47,964 nucleotides of DNA from a virus (Duplodnaviria > Heunggongvirae > Uroviricota > Caudoviricetes), in the IMG/VR virus record IMGVR_UViG_645951848_000002; one strand, given 5' to 3'. Positions 27,350 through 37,059 of this stretch are shown one piece after another (position 1 is the stretch's first letter; each line of letters opens with the position of its first letter). Position numbers and translations under genes: made by a program. The notes beneath the pieces are model-generated. The model made no database searches. It was given only the letters and a program-made list of their open reading frames with translations, and was not told the DNA's origin.

Positions 27350-27786
27350 TTTATTTTCCACAATCCTTTTTCAATCATATACCTTCTTGGGTCATCATCT
27401 AATACTACCCCACAATCAGCACATATAACTTTAAGTTCATCTTCTTTTTTTGAAGTAAACGGATAAATTGTTCCTGCCAAAGTGAATTTTTTATGTCTAC
27501 AGCCATTTTTTGAACTTTTATTATTTTCAATTTTATTCTCTCTCACTTTACCCCAAAAATCTTTATACTCCTTAGATTCTAAAACTTCCTTAGCTTCATC
27601 AGAGAATAAAAAATAATTCCCTAAATCATATCTCTCATTATCTAAATCATTTCCATAGTCCTGAGTTTTTTCAACTCTAGAATTATTGATATAAAAATAT
27701 ATTCCTTTAAATTTTCTCATAGGATCCCTCCTTGAAATAATTGCTAAAACTAAAGCATCAAACAATTCTTTATCATCAGCATGCAC
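27346..27786 (-). CDS. Hypothetical protein with a C-terminal CxH/CxxC motif (start may be MRKFKG)
   Basis: GCRHKK...ICADCG. Confidence 0.55.
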   Translation of the reverse strand: MHADDKELFDALVLAIISRRDPMRKFKGIYFYINNSRVEKTQDYGNDLDNERYDLGNYFLFSDEAKEVLESKEYKDFWGKVRENKIENNKSSKNGCRHKKFTLAGTIYPFTSKKEDELKVICADCGVVLDDDPRRYMIEKGLWKIK

Positions 27787-28249
27787 CAGTTTCCTCCAAT
27801 CTCACGACACTATCATCAACTTCTTTTAACCACATAACTTTAAAATCTTCAAAAGCCTTAACTGCATCAGTTATCATAGATTTCAGAACTACTCCTATCA
27901 TGTTTCTTTTATGTGAATTAATGGTTCCAAACATCATTATCACTAGAAACATAGTCCTAAGAAGTTTTAAACTGTTTCCAGTTTCTTTATGCTCACAAGC
28001 AGTAAATACTTCATCTAAGATCTTGATAACATCTTTTTCAACATGATAATTAATCTGACTTTTAAATCTATCTACAATCTTATCAGAAGCTTTTATAGTT
28101 CTTGTCAAAATAGCTTTATAATATCTATTTAGAACCATATTTTCCTGGTCCCATAGTTCTCTATTAATTTTCAAGTATTTATTAATTAAGTACATCAATG
28201 TAATTCCTTGCATATCTCCGTCTTTGTGAGTAACTCTTATTTTTTGCAT
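27776..28249 (-). CDS. Hypothetical phage protein
   Basis: Tightly packed ORF. Confidence 0.6.
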   Translation of the reverse strand: MQKIRVTHKDGDMQGITLMYLINKYLKINRELWDQENMVLNRYYKAILTRTIKASDKIVDRFKSQINYHVEKDVIKILDEVFTACEHKETGNSLKLLRTMFLVIMMFGTINSHKRNMIGVVLKSMITDAVKAFEDFKVMWLKEVDDSVVRLEETGAC

Positions 28250-28659
28250 AGCTCCTCCAACAAATATCCTAGATATTCGTAAGCTTTCTTATAATCTTCA
28301 ATTCCATTTTTCTTTCTAGCTCTCATTACATATTTTAAAATGTTTCCAACACAAACAGCTTCAGAACCTTTCATGTCTTTTACAACTTCAAAAATAACAT
28401 CTTTTACTTCAATCCCTAAATCACCAAGCATATAATGTTTTGGAGATTTAACATTATCTGTTTCAGCATTTTCAACAGTTTCTTGAGGTTCACTTTCAAT
28501 AATTTTTAATATTCTATTTTTAAGTCTTTCACTAGCTTCAACTTTTCCAGATTCTAAATGTGATAAATAAGGTTGTGTCACATCAATTTTCTCAGCAAAT
28601 TCCTTTTGATCTATATTATTATTTACTCTATATTCTTTTACTCTTTTTCCTAAACTCAT
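28237..28659 (-). CDS. XRE-type HTH fused to a DUF3310-like domain
   Basis: QKEFAEKIDVTQPYLSHLESG; DNVKSPKHY, GNILKYVMRARKKNGIEDYKKA. Confidence 0.78.
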   Translation of the reverse strand: MSLGKRVKEYRVNNNIDQKEFAEKIDVTQPYLSHLESGKVEASERLKNRILKIIESEPQETVENAETDNVKSPKHYMLGDLGIEVKDVIFEVVKDMKGSEAVCVGNILKYVMRARKKNGIEDYKKAYEYLGYLLEELCKK

Positions 28660-28662
28660 TTT

Positions 28663-29436
28663 TTATCCTCCCAAACATGCTTTTAACATCATATAAGCAT
28701 CTGCGACATCATCACTATCTGCTATTTTTCCTGTAAACTCACTAAATTTATTCATCATAAATTCTTTTTGTTCTTTTCTCTCAAGTGGTAAATTATTAAA
28801 TTTATTTTTCCAAAACACTGCTGGGACTAATAATAAACCTATATTTAATTTTTTTAGATTATATGTAAGCATTCCTCTTATCTCAGATAAAATAGATAAT
28901 ATACTAGAATTTAAGCCTAAATATACATCCTCAATAACAACTAAATCTATTGCTGCACCTTTTATCTTTTTTGAAGTTTCTAATACATTTACTATTTCAT
29001 TAACAATCAAATATCCTCTTTCTCTAAAATCTTCTAGATCAGCTTTTATAGTTTTCCATCTCACTATTTTCCCTTTACAAGAATAAGCAATACCAACTGA
29101 TCTAGTAGCTAAATCGATACTCAAAACATTTATATTTTTGATATTAGAAGGGATAGAAACTTGATTTTTAGGTTGCTTCACTAACCTGTTTCTTTCTTTT
29201 AACCTTAACTCTTCTTGAATTCTTTTCATTTTCTTTCTTTGAACTATATCAATGCAAGTTCCTTTTCTGATTTGATTGAGAGTAGCCATTTGAATATTTT
29301 TAGTTTCAATGAACTCAATATCATAGCAGTAATTATTTTTTTCTTTAAATAGATACTTAATAACATAAAATTCTTCATCATTTTTATTTTTAAATCTCTT
29401 ATTTACTATCTCATTGACATCTATCTTCTTCCCCAT
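28663..29436 (-). CDS. RuvC-like Holliday junction resolvase with an N-terminal extension
   Basis: LSIDLATRSVG, VVIEDVY, SDDVADA catalytic motifs. Confidence 0.75.
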   Translation of the reverse strand: MGKKIDVNEIVNKRFKNKNDEEFYVIKYLFKEKNNYCYDIEFIETKNIQMATLNQIRKGTCIDIVQRKKMKRIQEELRLKERNRLVKQPKNQVSIPSNIKNINVLSIDLATRSVGIAYSCKGKIVRWKTIKADLEDFRERGYLIVNEIVNVLETSKKIKGAAIDLVVIEDVYLGLNSSILSILSEIRGMLTYNLKKLNIGLLLVPAVFWKNKFNNLPLERKEQKEFMMNKFSEFTGKIADSDDVADAYMMLKACLGG

Positions 29437-29451
29437 ATTTTTACTCCGTTT

Positions 29452-29625
29452 TTATTTATATAATGCTTCTTCATTTTTTCTATAAATCTTATATAAATTC
29501 CTTAAATACTCCTGTGCTTGTGGTTTTAAGTGTTCAAAGTGCCATTTATGTTTTTTTACTAAATCTAGTAATTCTTGAGAAGAATTTGCAGATAAACACA
29601 TATACCAAAACTCTATTATTTGCAT
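29452..29625 (-). CDS. Small hypothetical protein (57 aa, not in the ORF track)
   Basis: MQIIEFWYMCLSANSSQELL...; AAGGA RBS. Confidence 0.55.
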   Translation of the reverse strand: MQIIEFWYMCLSANSSQELLDLVKKHKWHFEHLKPQAQEYLRNLYKIYRKNEEALYK

Positions 29626-29697
29626 AATTTTCCTTTCTATACCAATATTTTATTTAATATATACTATATTAGTATAATTTCTTTATATTTGAATTTA

Positions 29698-30021
29698 GGT
29701 TACCGTTCTAATTACCATAAATAGTGTTATAGAACTACTTTTTTAATAAAGTTACTGTTAGGTTACCGTTTTGGTTACCGTTCAACCTCACATTTTATGG
29801 GAAAGGTTACCGAGTTACCCTATTTTTTGATTTTTTCTATATTATTTTAGGTATATAGTTAAATTTAATATATATACCTAAATATTTATCTGTCCTATGT
29901 TGATTTTTGCGGTAACTCGGTAACACCCTCCATTTTATCGTATGTTCAGAGGTAACCTTTACAGTAACCAACAGTAACCTTTTTTATTTTGTATTGGTAT
30001 CATTAAATAAAAACAGTAACC
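29698..30021. other. Putative replication origin with mirror-arranged GTTAC/GTAAC iterons
   Basis: Six GTTAC then six GTAAC around a central palindrome TAGGTATATA/TATATACCTA; just downstream of the primase-helicase. Confidence 0.65.
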
Positions 30022-30025
30022 TTAT

Positions 30026-32311
30026 CTATTTTATTATTTTAAATTTAGCTATTTTATATGTTTTTGCTTCTCCTGTAAAATTGTCTTTAATCTTCTTAAC
30101 TTCACTATTTGAAACTATAAATTCTTCTTCTACAAGTTGCTTTCTTAAAGTTTTCATATCTAATAACTCAAGAGTAGAATTAGTTTTTCTTTTTTGCTCA
30201 TCAATAGCTGTATAAAGAAGTTGAAATCTAGCCCAATGTTCATTAGGAGTTGATACATAAAAACTTTCTAAGTTTTCTATTCCAGCATCTTCCACTAATT
30301 TTAAAAGCTCAATAAAATTATCAGTAGTTGTATACTCTTTTGAGAAATTTGTATTTAAGAAACTTACAAAATTATTTATAATATTCATATCTATCTTTAA
30401 AACTCTTGAGAGAGCTTTTAAACCTTTTAGCAAACAGTTTAGGTTATACAGTTGCCTTTCATCTTTTACTTTGTTTAAAATAGTGTTGTCAGTAACTATA
30501 ACACCATTTTCAAGTCTATCTATCAAAGCAGCTTTACCAAGTTTTTCTAAAACATCAGTATTTTTAAGTTTTTTATAAATTTCAAAATCCCCTTTGTTCT
30601 TCTTCGTAAGACTTGTACTTATCATTCTATTTTGAATACTTACATCACTTAATTTTGTTTCTCCTGATATAATAAGTGGAGTACACAAATGAAATTCAGC
30701 TAATTTATTTGTTGTATTTCCTTGATTTATAATTTTATTATCATAAACAGATCTAATAGTTGAATATAAATCATTCATTTTTTCAAGTTGAAATTTGCCG
30801 GTTATCTTAACTTCATCTATAGCCCAAGGTGTGATATTTGAGCAACTGCTAAAGCTTCTTATTTGATGATTAGATAGAGTGGATAAACTTTTTATATTTT
30901 CCCTTCCACCAAATAAAATTCTTGAAATAAACTCAACATATTCAGTTTTTCCTATGCTCGTTGTCCCAGAAACTTCTAAGATAGGATAAGTTCCTTGAGT
31001 GTGAAATCTACCTAATGCCCAGCAGATTCCTAACAAAGATTGATTTATATCACTTCTCATATAAATCAAATTCTTTTCAAGCCATTCTTTATCTTCTGTT
31101 GTTAGAGCTCCTATTTCAGAAATTTTTGTAATTTTTAAATCTCTTTTATCACATACAACATCTGAATCTTCATCATAGTATTTATTATTTCTTATTCCAT
31201 AATACTCTATTTCCTCAATGTACTTTTCCTGGTTCTCTTCTTTTAGCCAATCAATGAACTTTGGAATTGTTGAAGGACTAGCTAAATACACTCCCATAGC
31301 TTCAGCAATTCCTTTTATAGATAAAAGATCAGATATTCTAGCTTTGAATTTTCTTTCTCTTCCATTGTTTATAGCTTTACCTATTAAGAAATTTTCAGAA
31401 AAGGCTTCTACCTCAACTAAGAAATTACTAACTCTAACAGTTTCTTCTCCACCATAATAGTTGTATCCACCATCATCAATTTTGAAATTTCTAAATCCTG
31501 TTTTTATTTGACTACATGATTCTAATAGATATTTATATACCTTATCTTTTCCATTTTTCACTAGAACTTCATTTACATCTTTTTTCTTGTAGAAATAAGT
31601 CTTATAAAGTGGAATTAATAAATCTCTTAATTCATGAACTATTCTTTTTCTTGCTTCTACTCCAGCTTCGTCATCATCTGTTGCAATGATGATTTTTTGA
31701 AATTTACTAAGCCAATTTTTTTGTGTTTTGATACATTTAATATTTGTAGCTCCAGAAGGCAATGAAACAGTATTTTCTACTCCAGCTTCTAAAGCACTAA
31801 GTAAATCTATTTCACCTTCAACAATGACTAAATAATCAAAATCTGTTATATTTTGCCAATTTAAAAGATAGTCTAAGCAACTACCTTTCTCACTCCATAG
31901 CTTTTTATCTAAACTTCTGTATTTAATCCCAACAACTGTCTCTCCATTAGTAACAGGTATCATCATACTTTCATGAGTACCCATTCTATAAAGTTTATTG
32001 ATATTATTTTCGTTTTCTATACCTCTACTTTTTAGATATTCAAGCCATTTTTTATTTAATTTTTTTGAGTTATTTATTAAAGAAGAAAAATCATAAATTC
32101 TCTTTTCTTCTGTTTTTTCTTCTATTCCACTAATATTTAACTCTTTTTGTATCTCTGGAAATTCACTTATATGTCCACTTTTTCCAGATGAGTGGCACAT
32201 ATACTTTCCACTATTTACATTTACAGAAAAACAAGGATTATCTTTTTTAACTTTTTGGCAGACTGGACAGTAATCCAGTCTTGCCTCATCTCCATAATGC
32301 TTTATTTTCAT
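30026..32311 (-). CDS. Primase-helicase fusion (zinc finger, TOPRIM, P-loop NTPase)
   Basis: CPVC..CH zinc site, VEGEID and TDDDEAG TOPRIM motifs, GTTSIGKT Walker A, AIDE Walker B. Confidence 0.82.
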   Translation of the reverse strand: MKIKHYGDEARLDYCPVCQKVKKDNPCFSVNVNSGKYMCHSSGKSGHISEFPEIQKELNISGIEEKTEEKRIYDFSSLINNSKKLNKKWLEYLKSRGIENENNINKLYRMGTHESMMIPVTNGETVVGIKYRSLDKKLWSEKGSCLDYLLNWQNITDFDYLVIVEGEIDLLSALEAGVENTVSLPSGATNIKCIKTQKNWLSKFQKIIIATDDDEAGVEARKRIVHELRDLLIPLYKTYFYKKKDVNEVLVKNGKDKVYKYLLESCSQIKTGFRNFKIDDGGYNYYGGEETVRVSNFLVEVEAFSENFLIGKAINNGRERKFKARISDLLSIKGIAEAMGVYLASPSTIPKFIDWLKEENQEKYIEEIEYYGIRNNKYYDEDSDVVCDKRDLKITKISEIGALTTEDKEWLEKNLIYMRSDINQSLLGICWALGRFHTQGTYPILEVSGTTSIGKTEYVEFISRILFGGRENIKSLSTLSNHQIRSFSSCSNITPWAIDEVKITGKFQLEKMNDLYSTIRSVYDNKIINQGNTTNKLAEFHLCTPLIISGETKLSDVSIQNRMISTSLTKKNKGDFEIYKKLKNTDVLEKLGKAALIDRLENGVIVTDNTILNKVKDERQLYNLNCLLKGLKALSRVLKIDMNIINNFVSFLNTNFSKEYTTTDNFIELLKLVEDAGIENLESFYVSTPNEHWARFQLLYTAIDEQKRKTNSTLELLDMKTLRKQLVEEEFIVSNSEVKKIKDNFTGEAKTYKIAKFKIIK

Positions 32312-32326
32312 TTTGATTCCCCTCCA

Positions 32327-32914
32327 TTAAAACGGGAATTCTTCAGGTAATTCCTCATTCTTTTCTTCTGTTTTTTCTTCAGTATGATTATTGCTTGGTT
32401 TCTCAATAGGAGCTGCACTTTCAAATTTCTTTCTAAATCTTTCATAAATTTCAGGATTCTTTTTATTTTGAATTTCATCAGCAGTTTTCTTACTTTTAAT
32501 ATCATAATATCCTATGATGTTATATCTTAAAAACTCTCCATTTAAACTAACTTCTACTATCACACCAATTTTTTTATCTGCAAGAGCTGGAATAAAAACT
32601 TTGTTTGGACTTTCTACTGGGACCAGGTCCTTATTTTTTAACTTACATAAATAAGTTAATTTATTTAATTTCTTTCTAGCATATTCATTTTCAGTTCCAT
32701 CAGCTTTTATAAAAAACTCTACTGGATAAAAATATTGTTCTTCATCAGTTTTTAAAACTAATTTAAGTCCTTTAGATTGAGAACCATTTTTACCACTTAT
32801 TATTAATGCTTCCTCAATAGTACAGTTGTACACTCCACTTTTATCAACTACTCCACTCTTTTCTTTAGTTTCTTCTTTTAAATCTTCCTCATTTTCTGTC
32901 CATAAATTCATCAT
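32327..32914 (-). CDS. Single-stranded DNA-binding-like protein (DUF669-like)
   Basis: Follows the Sak4-like ATPase; GVYNCTIEEA start; acidic tail EELPEEFPF. Confidence 0.6.
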   Translation of the reverse strand: MMNLWTENEEDLKEETKEKSGVVDKSGVYNCTIEEALIISGKNGSQSKGLKLVLKTDEEQYFYPVEFFIKADGTENEYARKKLNKLTYLCKLKNKDLVPVESPNKVFIPALADKKIGVIVEVSLNGEFLRYNIIGYYDIKSKKTADEIQNKKNPEIYERFRKKFESAAPIEKPSNNHTEEKTEEKNEELPEEFPF

Positions 32915-32932
32915 ATTTATTTCCTCCTATTA

Positions 32933-33595
32933 TTAATTAAAATATTCGTTTGATTTTTGTATTACATAATTTAAGTCGTTTGGAATTTTTAATTCATCAA
33001 ACATCCCTTTCGGACTTTTACAAGTATCATTACCATTGTTTTGGGTTCTAAAATAATAAACACCATCTTCAATTTCTGTCGCTAAAACTATAGTGAATCT
33101 ACCTTCCAAACCTACTTTATCATCAATCAATTTACCTATAGTTTTTGCTTTTTTTCTTCCGTCATCTGTAACTTCTATATGTTGTAAAAAGATTACATTT
33201 ATGTCTTCTCTCATAGAGTTAGCTTTATCAACTAAGTTATAGAAGTTTTGTCCTATCTCGGTAAATTTTTCATAACCTTTTTCTTTTGCTCTTCTCATAA
33301 ATTCATTTGCCATGATATATTGAGAATCATCTATGATAATATTTTTAATTTCTTTTTCTTTATCTAAAGTACTTAAGATTTTCATAATTATTTCAGGTCT
33401 ATCACTTATAAATCTATTACCTTTCGGATTTTCTTTGCTTCTTAAAGAATATCTTTTTTTAAAACTTTTGAATGGTAAAGGTTTATCAACAGCTTGAATA
33501 ATAAAAGTTTCCTTTTCATTTAAATTCTCAATGCTTGTAGATTTTCCTGTTCCACTTTCCCCAAGAATCATTATCATGTTTGCCATATTTATCAC
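32933..33595 (-). CDS. AAA/RecA-fold ATPase (Sak4-like annealing protein)
   Basis: GESGTGKSTS Walker A, IIIDDSQY, GKLID..VGLEG.FTIVL motifs. Confidence 0.82.
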   Translation of the reverse strand: MINMANMIMILGESGTGKSTSIENLNEKETFIIQAVDKPLPFKSFKKRYSLRSKENPKGNRFISDRPEIIMKILSTLDKEKEIKNIIIDDSQYIMANEFMRRAKEKGYEKFTEIGQNFYNLVDKANSMREDINVIFLQHIEVTDDGRKKAKTIGKLIDDKVGLEGRFTIVLATEIEDGVYYFRTQNNGNDTCKSPKGMFDELKIPNDLNYVIQKSNEYFN

Positions 33596-34167
33596 TTCCT
33601 AATTAATGAAATTAATTTTCCAATAAGCTTCTTTGTTGCTTCTATGTTTTCTAAACTATCATGAGCTTTTAACTCAATTCCAAAATGTTTACACCAAGTT
33701 TCAAGTTTATTATTTTCTAAAACTGGTAAAATCTCAGCTATCTGTAATAATCTAATCGAGTACAAAGGATCTAACATAGAAGAATCTAAATAACTAAATA
33801 AGAAATTATTTCCGTGTCTTTGAAAAAATGCTTTCAATATGTCAACATCAAACCTTACGTTATATCCAGCAACAATAAATTTATCTGTTCTATCATACTT
33901 ATCTATATATTTGTCAAGAAGATTTATAAATTGTTTATAAACTTCTTTTTCTTCAACATATTTATCTGTTTTTAGTTCCTCTAATGTTCTTCCTTGAACT
34001 TCCAAAGCTTTTTCATTTACTTCTGAATTTTTAAAAGGTTTTATGTAAAAATTAAATTTTTCTACATCTTTTTTATCAATTCTTATTATTCCTGAAAGTT
34101 GTATTAGTGTAGCTTTTTCTGGATTAACTCCACCTGTTTCTGTATCTATAAAAATTATCTTATTCAT
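33592..34167 (-). CDS. DEDDh 3'-5' exonuclease (DnaQ-like)
   Basis: DTETGG, GYNVRFD, AHDSLENI motifs. Confidence 0.88.
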   Translation of the reverse strand: MNKIIFIDTETGGVNPEKATLIQLSGIIRIDKKDVEKFNFYIKPFKNSEVNEKALEVQGRTLEELKTDKYVEEKEVYKQFINLLDKYIDKYDRTDKFIVAGYNVRFDVDILKAFFQRHGNNFLFSYLDSSMLDPLYSIRLLQIAEILPVLENNKLETWCKHFGIELKAHDSLENIEATKKLIGKLISLIRK

Positions 34168-34176
34168 TTATCCTCC

Positions 34177-34686
34177 TTACTTTATATTTAAACTATTCTT
34201 TTCTACTATATTTGCACCTTGCACATTTTCTCCAGCTTCAATAGCTTTCTTAATTTCAGTTTTTGAGATTTTTTCTTTTGTTTCTATCTCAATAAATTTC
34301 TTATCTATTAAGCTTTCATCATAGATATTTACTGATTTTGATTTTCTTAAACTTAGGTTTCCAAGTTCTGTTTCTATTTTAGTAATTCCCATCATTTCCA
34401 TATTTCTAACTATGTATTCTTTTCTACTATTTATTTGATTAGAAATAGATTTTTTTAAAGCTTGAAGTCTTTTTATTTCTTCATCAACTCCATTTAACAT
34501 TGCTTCAGAGTTTTTAAAAGATTTGATTATTCCTGCTCCTTTTGTTTGCAATTGCAATTTTAATTCTTGTTCTAAAATATCAATCACACCATCATCTTTA
34601 ACTTCTCCAGTTTCTTCATCTATGCAGCTTAAAAACAATTCATCTAAAGCTCTCATTTCACTTGTTATTTCATATAATTTCATTAT
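34177..34686 (-). CDS. Siphovirus Gp157-like protein
   Basis: MKLYEIT start, EEIKRL..LKK, ISKTEIKKAIEAGENVQGA. Confidence 0.85.
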   Translation of the reverse strand: MMKLYEITSEMRALDELFLSCIDEETGEVKDDGVIDILEQELKLQLQTKGAGIIKSFKNSEAMLNGVDEEIKRLQALKKSISNQINSRKEYIVRNMEMMGITKIETELGNLSLRKSKSVNIYDESLIDKKFIEIETKEKISKTEIKKAIEAGENVQGANIVEKNSLNIK

Positions 34687-34868
34687 TCTTCCTCCCATTC
34701 TAAATCATCATAAGCATATCTAATTGCTCTATCTATTATTTCTTGTCTTGATAAGCCACTTTCTTCAACCATTTCATCAATATACTCAAGAGTTGAATAT
34801 CTAACTCTTACTACCTCAGTAAGTCTTCCAGCAACTCTCTTTTCTCTTTTCTTTGGTAATGTAAACAT
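34683..34868 (-). CDS. Ribbon-helix-helix (CopG-like) DNA-binding protein
   Basis: VVRVRYSTLEYIDEMVEESGLSRQEII. Confidence 0.65.
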   Translation of the reverse strand: MFTLPKKREKRVAGRLTEVVRVRYSTLEYIDEMVEESGLSRQEIIDRAIRYAYDDLEWEEE

Positions 34869-34884
34869 ACTCTAGCTCCTCTCT

Positions 34885-35619
34885 TTATTCAATCACCGTT
34901 AAAGGCATAACGATATAGTCAACCTTATCTTTGCTAAACTTAACAGCACATTTATTATTTTTTCCTAATGCAAGTTCAAACTTACTATTTTTAGTCCATT
35001 TGAACCACAAATCTAAGTATTTACAGTCTAAATCAGTTACTAAACTAGTTCTATCTTTCTCTAGCTCTAATATCTCTAAAACTAACTTAGAGTTTTCGTT
35101 TGGATAAGCTTCAACTATTACTTTTCCATTTTCAAACTTAAAGTATTTTTTGTAACGCTCTTGTCCAGCTGGAGTTTTTAACATCTTCCAAACTACGTTT
35201 TCGGCAAAATTTACTGAAGGAAATGCTTCAGTATAAGTTTCATAATCTAATCCTTCTCTAACTGTAGCAATGTTTGGTACTCTTATATCTTTCATCGGCT
35301 CATATTCAGTTACTTCAATACCTACTTGAATTGCAAGTTTTCCATCTTTAAGTACTGCTAAAGATTTAGCTTTTTTCAACACATCTAGCACATCATATAT
35401 ATATACAGTATTTGTTCCAGATAACTCCTCATGGGTGTCTTTAACTGTTGCAAGTCTATAAGTATCAGTAAATCCAACATACTTTCCAGCAACTATCAGC
35501 CCTTTTAATTCGCCACTTTTAGCAATACTTGTAAAATGATTTAAAACTTTTATATCGTCTTTTCCCAAAACTAGAACTTGCTTCCCCATGTTTTTAGAAT
35601 TGTATTCAGTTATATTCAT
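34885..35619 (-). CDS. Truncated DNA polymerase III beta-clamp homologue (about domains II+III)
   Basis: FTDTYRLA, RVPNIATV, LDCKYL and C-terminal YIVMPL fit DnaN ATDGHRLA, RFPDYRRV, FNVSYV, YVVMPM; alignment by eye. Confidence 0.65.
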   Translation of the reverse strand: MNITEYNSKNMGKQVLVLGKDDIKVLNHFTSIAKSGELKGLIVAGKYVGFTDTYRLATVKDTHEELSGTNTVYIYDVLDVLKKAKSLAVLKDGKLAIQVGIEVTEYEPMKDIRVPNIATVREGLDYETYTEAFPSVNFAENVVWKMLKTPAGQERYKKYFKFENGKVIVEAYPNENSKLVLEILELEKDRTSLVTDLDCKYLDLWFKWTKNSKFELALGKNNKCAVKFSKDKVDYIVMPLTVIE

Positions 35620-36206
35620 TTTTTCTCCTTCCTTAATTCTGCCAACTTAATTCTTATTTTTGCTATATTCAAACCTGTTTTTGTGAGCTCTGGAACAGAG
35701 CTAATTAATCTACATTTATTCAGAACCTTCAACTCTTCTCTTGTTACGCAAATTAAATTTTCTATACTTAAATTGCTTTTATTACCATCAGCGAAGATAA
35801 TTACAGAGCCTCTTGGAATCTTCTTTTTATGATGTTGTTCCCATACAATTCTATGTTTTAAAGCCCATTCTCTTGGATCTGCTATTTTTATAAGGGTATA
35901 ACCATCTATATCAATTCTTTCACTTCCAATTGGTTTCCAATTCTTTGGCTTATTACCTTTTTTGAAAGAAGTTTTGTTAGCTCCCATATACCCCTTCTTT
36001 CCCTTATTCCACGGGATAGATCCTTTTTTATAAAGGCAACCTCTTGTTCCAGTGTGGATTTTCATTCTACTAAGAAGGCTTTTTATTATTTCTGTAGTTA
36101 CATCTAAATTAAATTTTTTATTGAAAAGCTCCGTTATTTCTTTATATGTTTTCTGTGGAGTAACTTCTCTCAAAAATTCAATCATTTCATCAGTGTATTT
36201 TTTCAT
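35616..36206 (-). CDS. HNH endonuclease family protein
   Basis: PIGSERI..DGY, KHRIVWE, IIFADGNKSNLSIENL. Confidence 0.85.
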   Translation of the reverse strand: MKKYTDEMIEFLREVTPQKTYKEITELFNKKFNLDVTTEIIKSLLSRMKIHTGTRGCLYKKGSIPWNKGKKGYMGANKTSFKKGNKPKNWKPIGSERIDIDGYTLIKIADPREWALKHRIVWEQHHKKKIPRGSVIIFADGNKSNLSIENLICVTREELKVLNKCRLISSVPELTKTGLNIAKIRIKLAELRKEKK

Positions 36207-36217
36207 ATACGTCTCAC

Positions 36218-36820
36218 TTAATCCTTCTTTTTACTCTTTAATTTCCAAGCAGTATGTTTTAACTTAACAATACCTATCCCCACTTTCGTTAAGTCTGCAT
36301 CATCTTTTTTTAATTTATAACGATTTAATTGTCTTAATTCATTTTTTGATATACAGATTAAATTATCTATATCGAAATTAGATTTATTTCCATCTGCAAA
36401 GATGATCACATGATTAGATGGGATTTCTCCATGAATTTCTTTCCAAATAACTCTTTGCTTGTACTCCCAAGTGTTTGGAACTTTTGTTTTCACGAGAGTA
36501 TATCCTTTTTTTTCAACTCTCTCACTTCCGATTGGCTTTTCTAACCAAATAACATCTCCATTTTTATCATATCTTCTAGGCTTTACGCCTGTTTTAACCC
36601 CTTTGTTCCATGCGGAAAAACCTCTTTTAAAACAACCTGCATTATATTTTTCATATTTGTAATCTACGTTTAATTTTCTTAGGCATTTCCTGAAGTAGTT
36701 AATGCTTATAGTCTCAACTCCATATTTTTCTTTTAAAAGAGTAGCTAATTCTTTTAAAGTTTTTTCACCTTTAAAATTTTTAAGAAACTCTATTTGCTCT
36801 TCACTAAACTTCATAATCAC
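36218..36820 (-). CDS. HNH endonuclease family protein (paralogue)
   Basis: PIGSERV..KGY, QRVIWKE, IIFADGNKSNFDIDNL. Confidence 0.82.
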   Translation of the reverse strand: MIMKFSEEQIEFLKNFKGEKTLKELATLLKEKYGVETISINYFRKCLRKLNVDYKYEKYNAGCFKRGFSAWNKGVKTGVKPRRYDKNGDVIWLEKPIGSERVEKKGYTLVKTKVPNTWEYKQRVIWKEIHGEIPSNHVIIFADGNKSNFDIDNLICISKNELRQLNRYKLKKDDADLTKVGIGIVKLKHTAWKLKSKKKD

Positions 36821-37047
36821 CCCTCCAGCATTTCAGGAAGTTTAACATCTGCCCCTTGCATACTGTCTTTTGCCTTTATAGCTTGCAATGCAAGATGAGC
36901 ATTTCCTACTATTGCCGATGCTACACTTACCATTGCTTTTGTCCTTTTCATTTCATTTTCTAAGTTTTCTCCTTTTAATTCCTCTTCGTTTAATCTTTCC
37001 ATTTGAGCGAAAAGATAATTATTTAAGTCTGTTAGTGTATTTTTCAT
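36817..37047 (-). CDS. Conserved phage hypothetical protein usually found next to this HNH type
   Basis: MKNTLTDLNNYLFAQMERL...E..RTKAM pattern. Confidence 0.7.
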   Translation of the reverse strand: MKNTLTDLNNYLFAQMERLNEEELKGENLENEMKRTKAMVSVASAIVGNAHLALQAIKAKDSMQGADVKLPEMLEG

Positions 37048-37059
37048 AATATCCTCCTA

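Noticed and set aside
28663-29436. TnpB/IscB/Cas12-type RNA-guided nuclease
   Set aside because: Too short, contiguous RuvC motifs, no zinc ribbon or bridge helix pattern, replication-module context.
29698-30021. CRISPR-like array
   Set aside because: Repeats are 5-8 bp, irregularly spaced and inverted about an axis; no cas genes.
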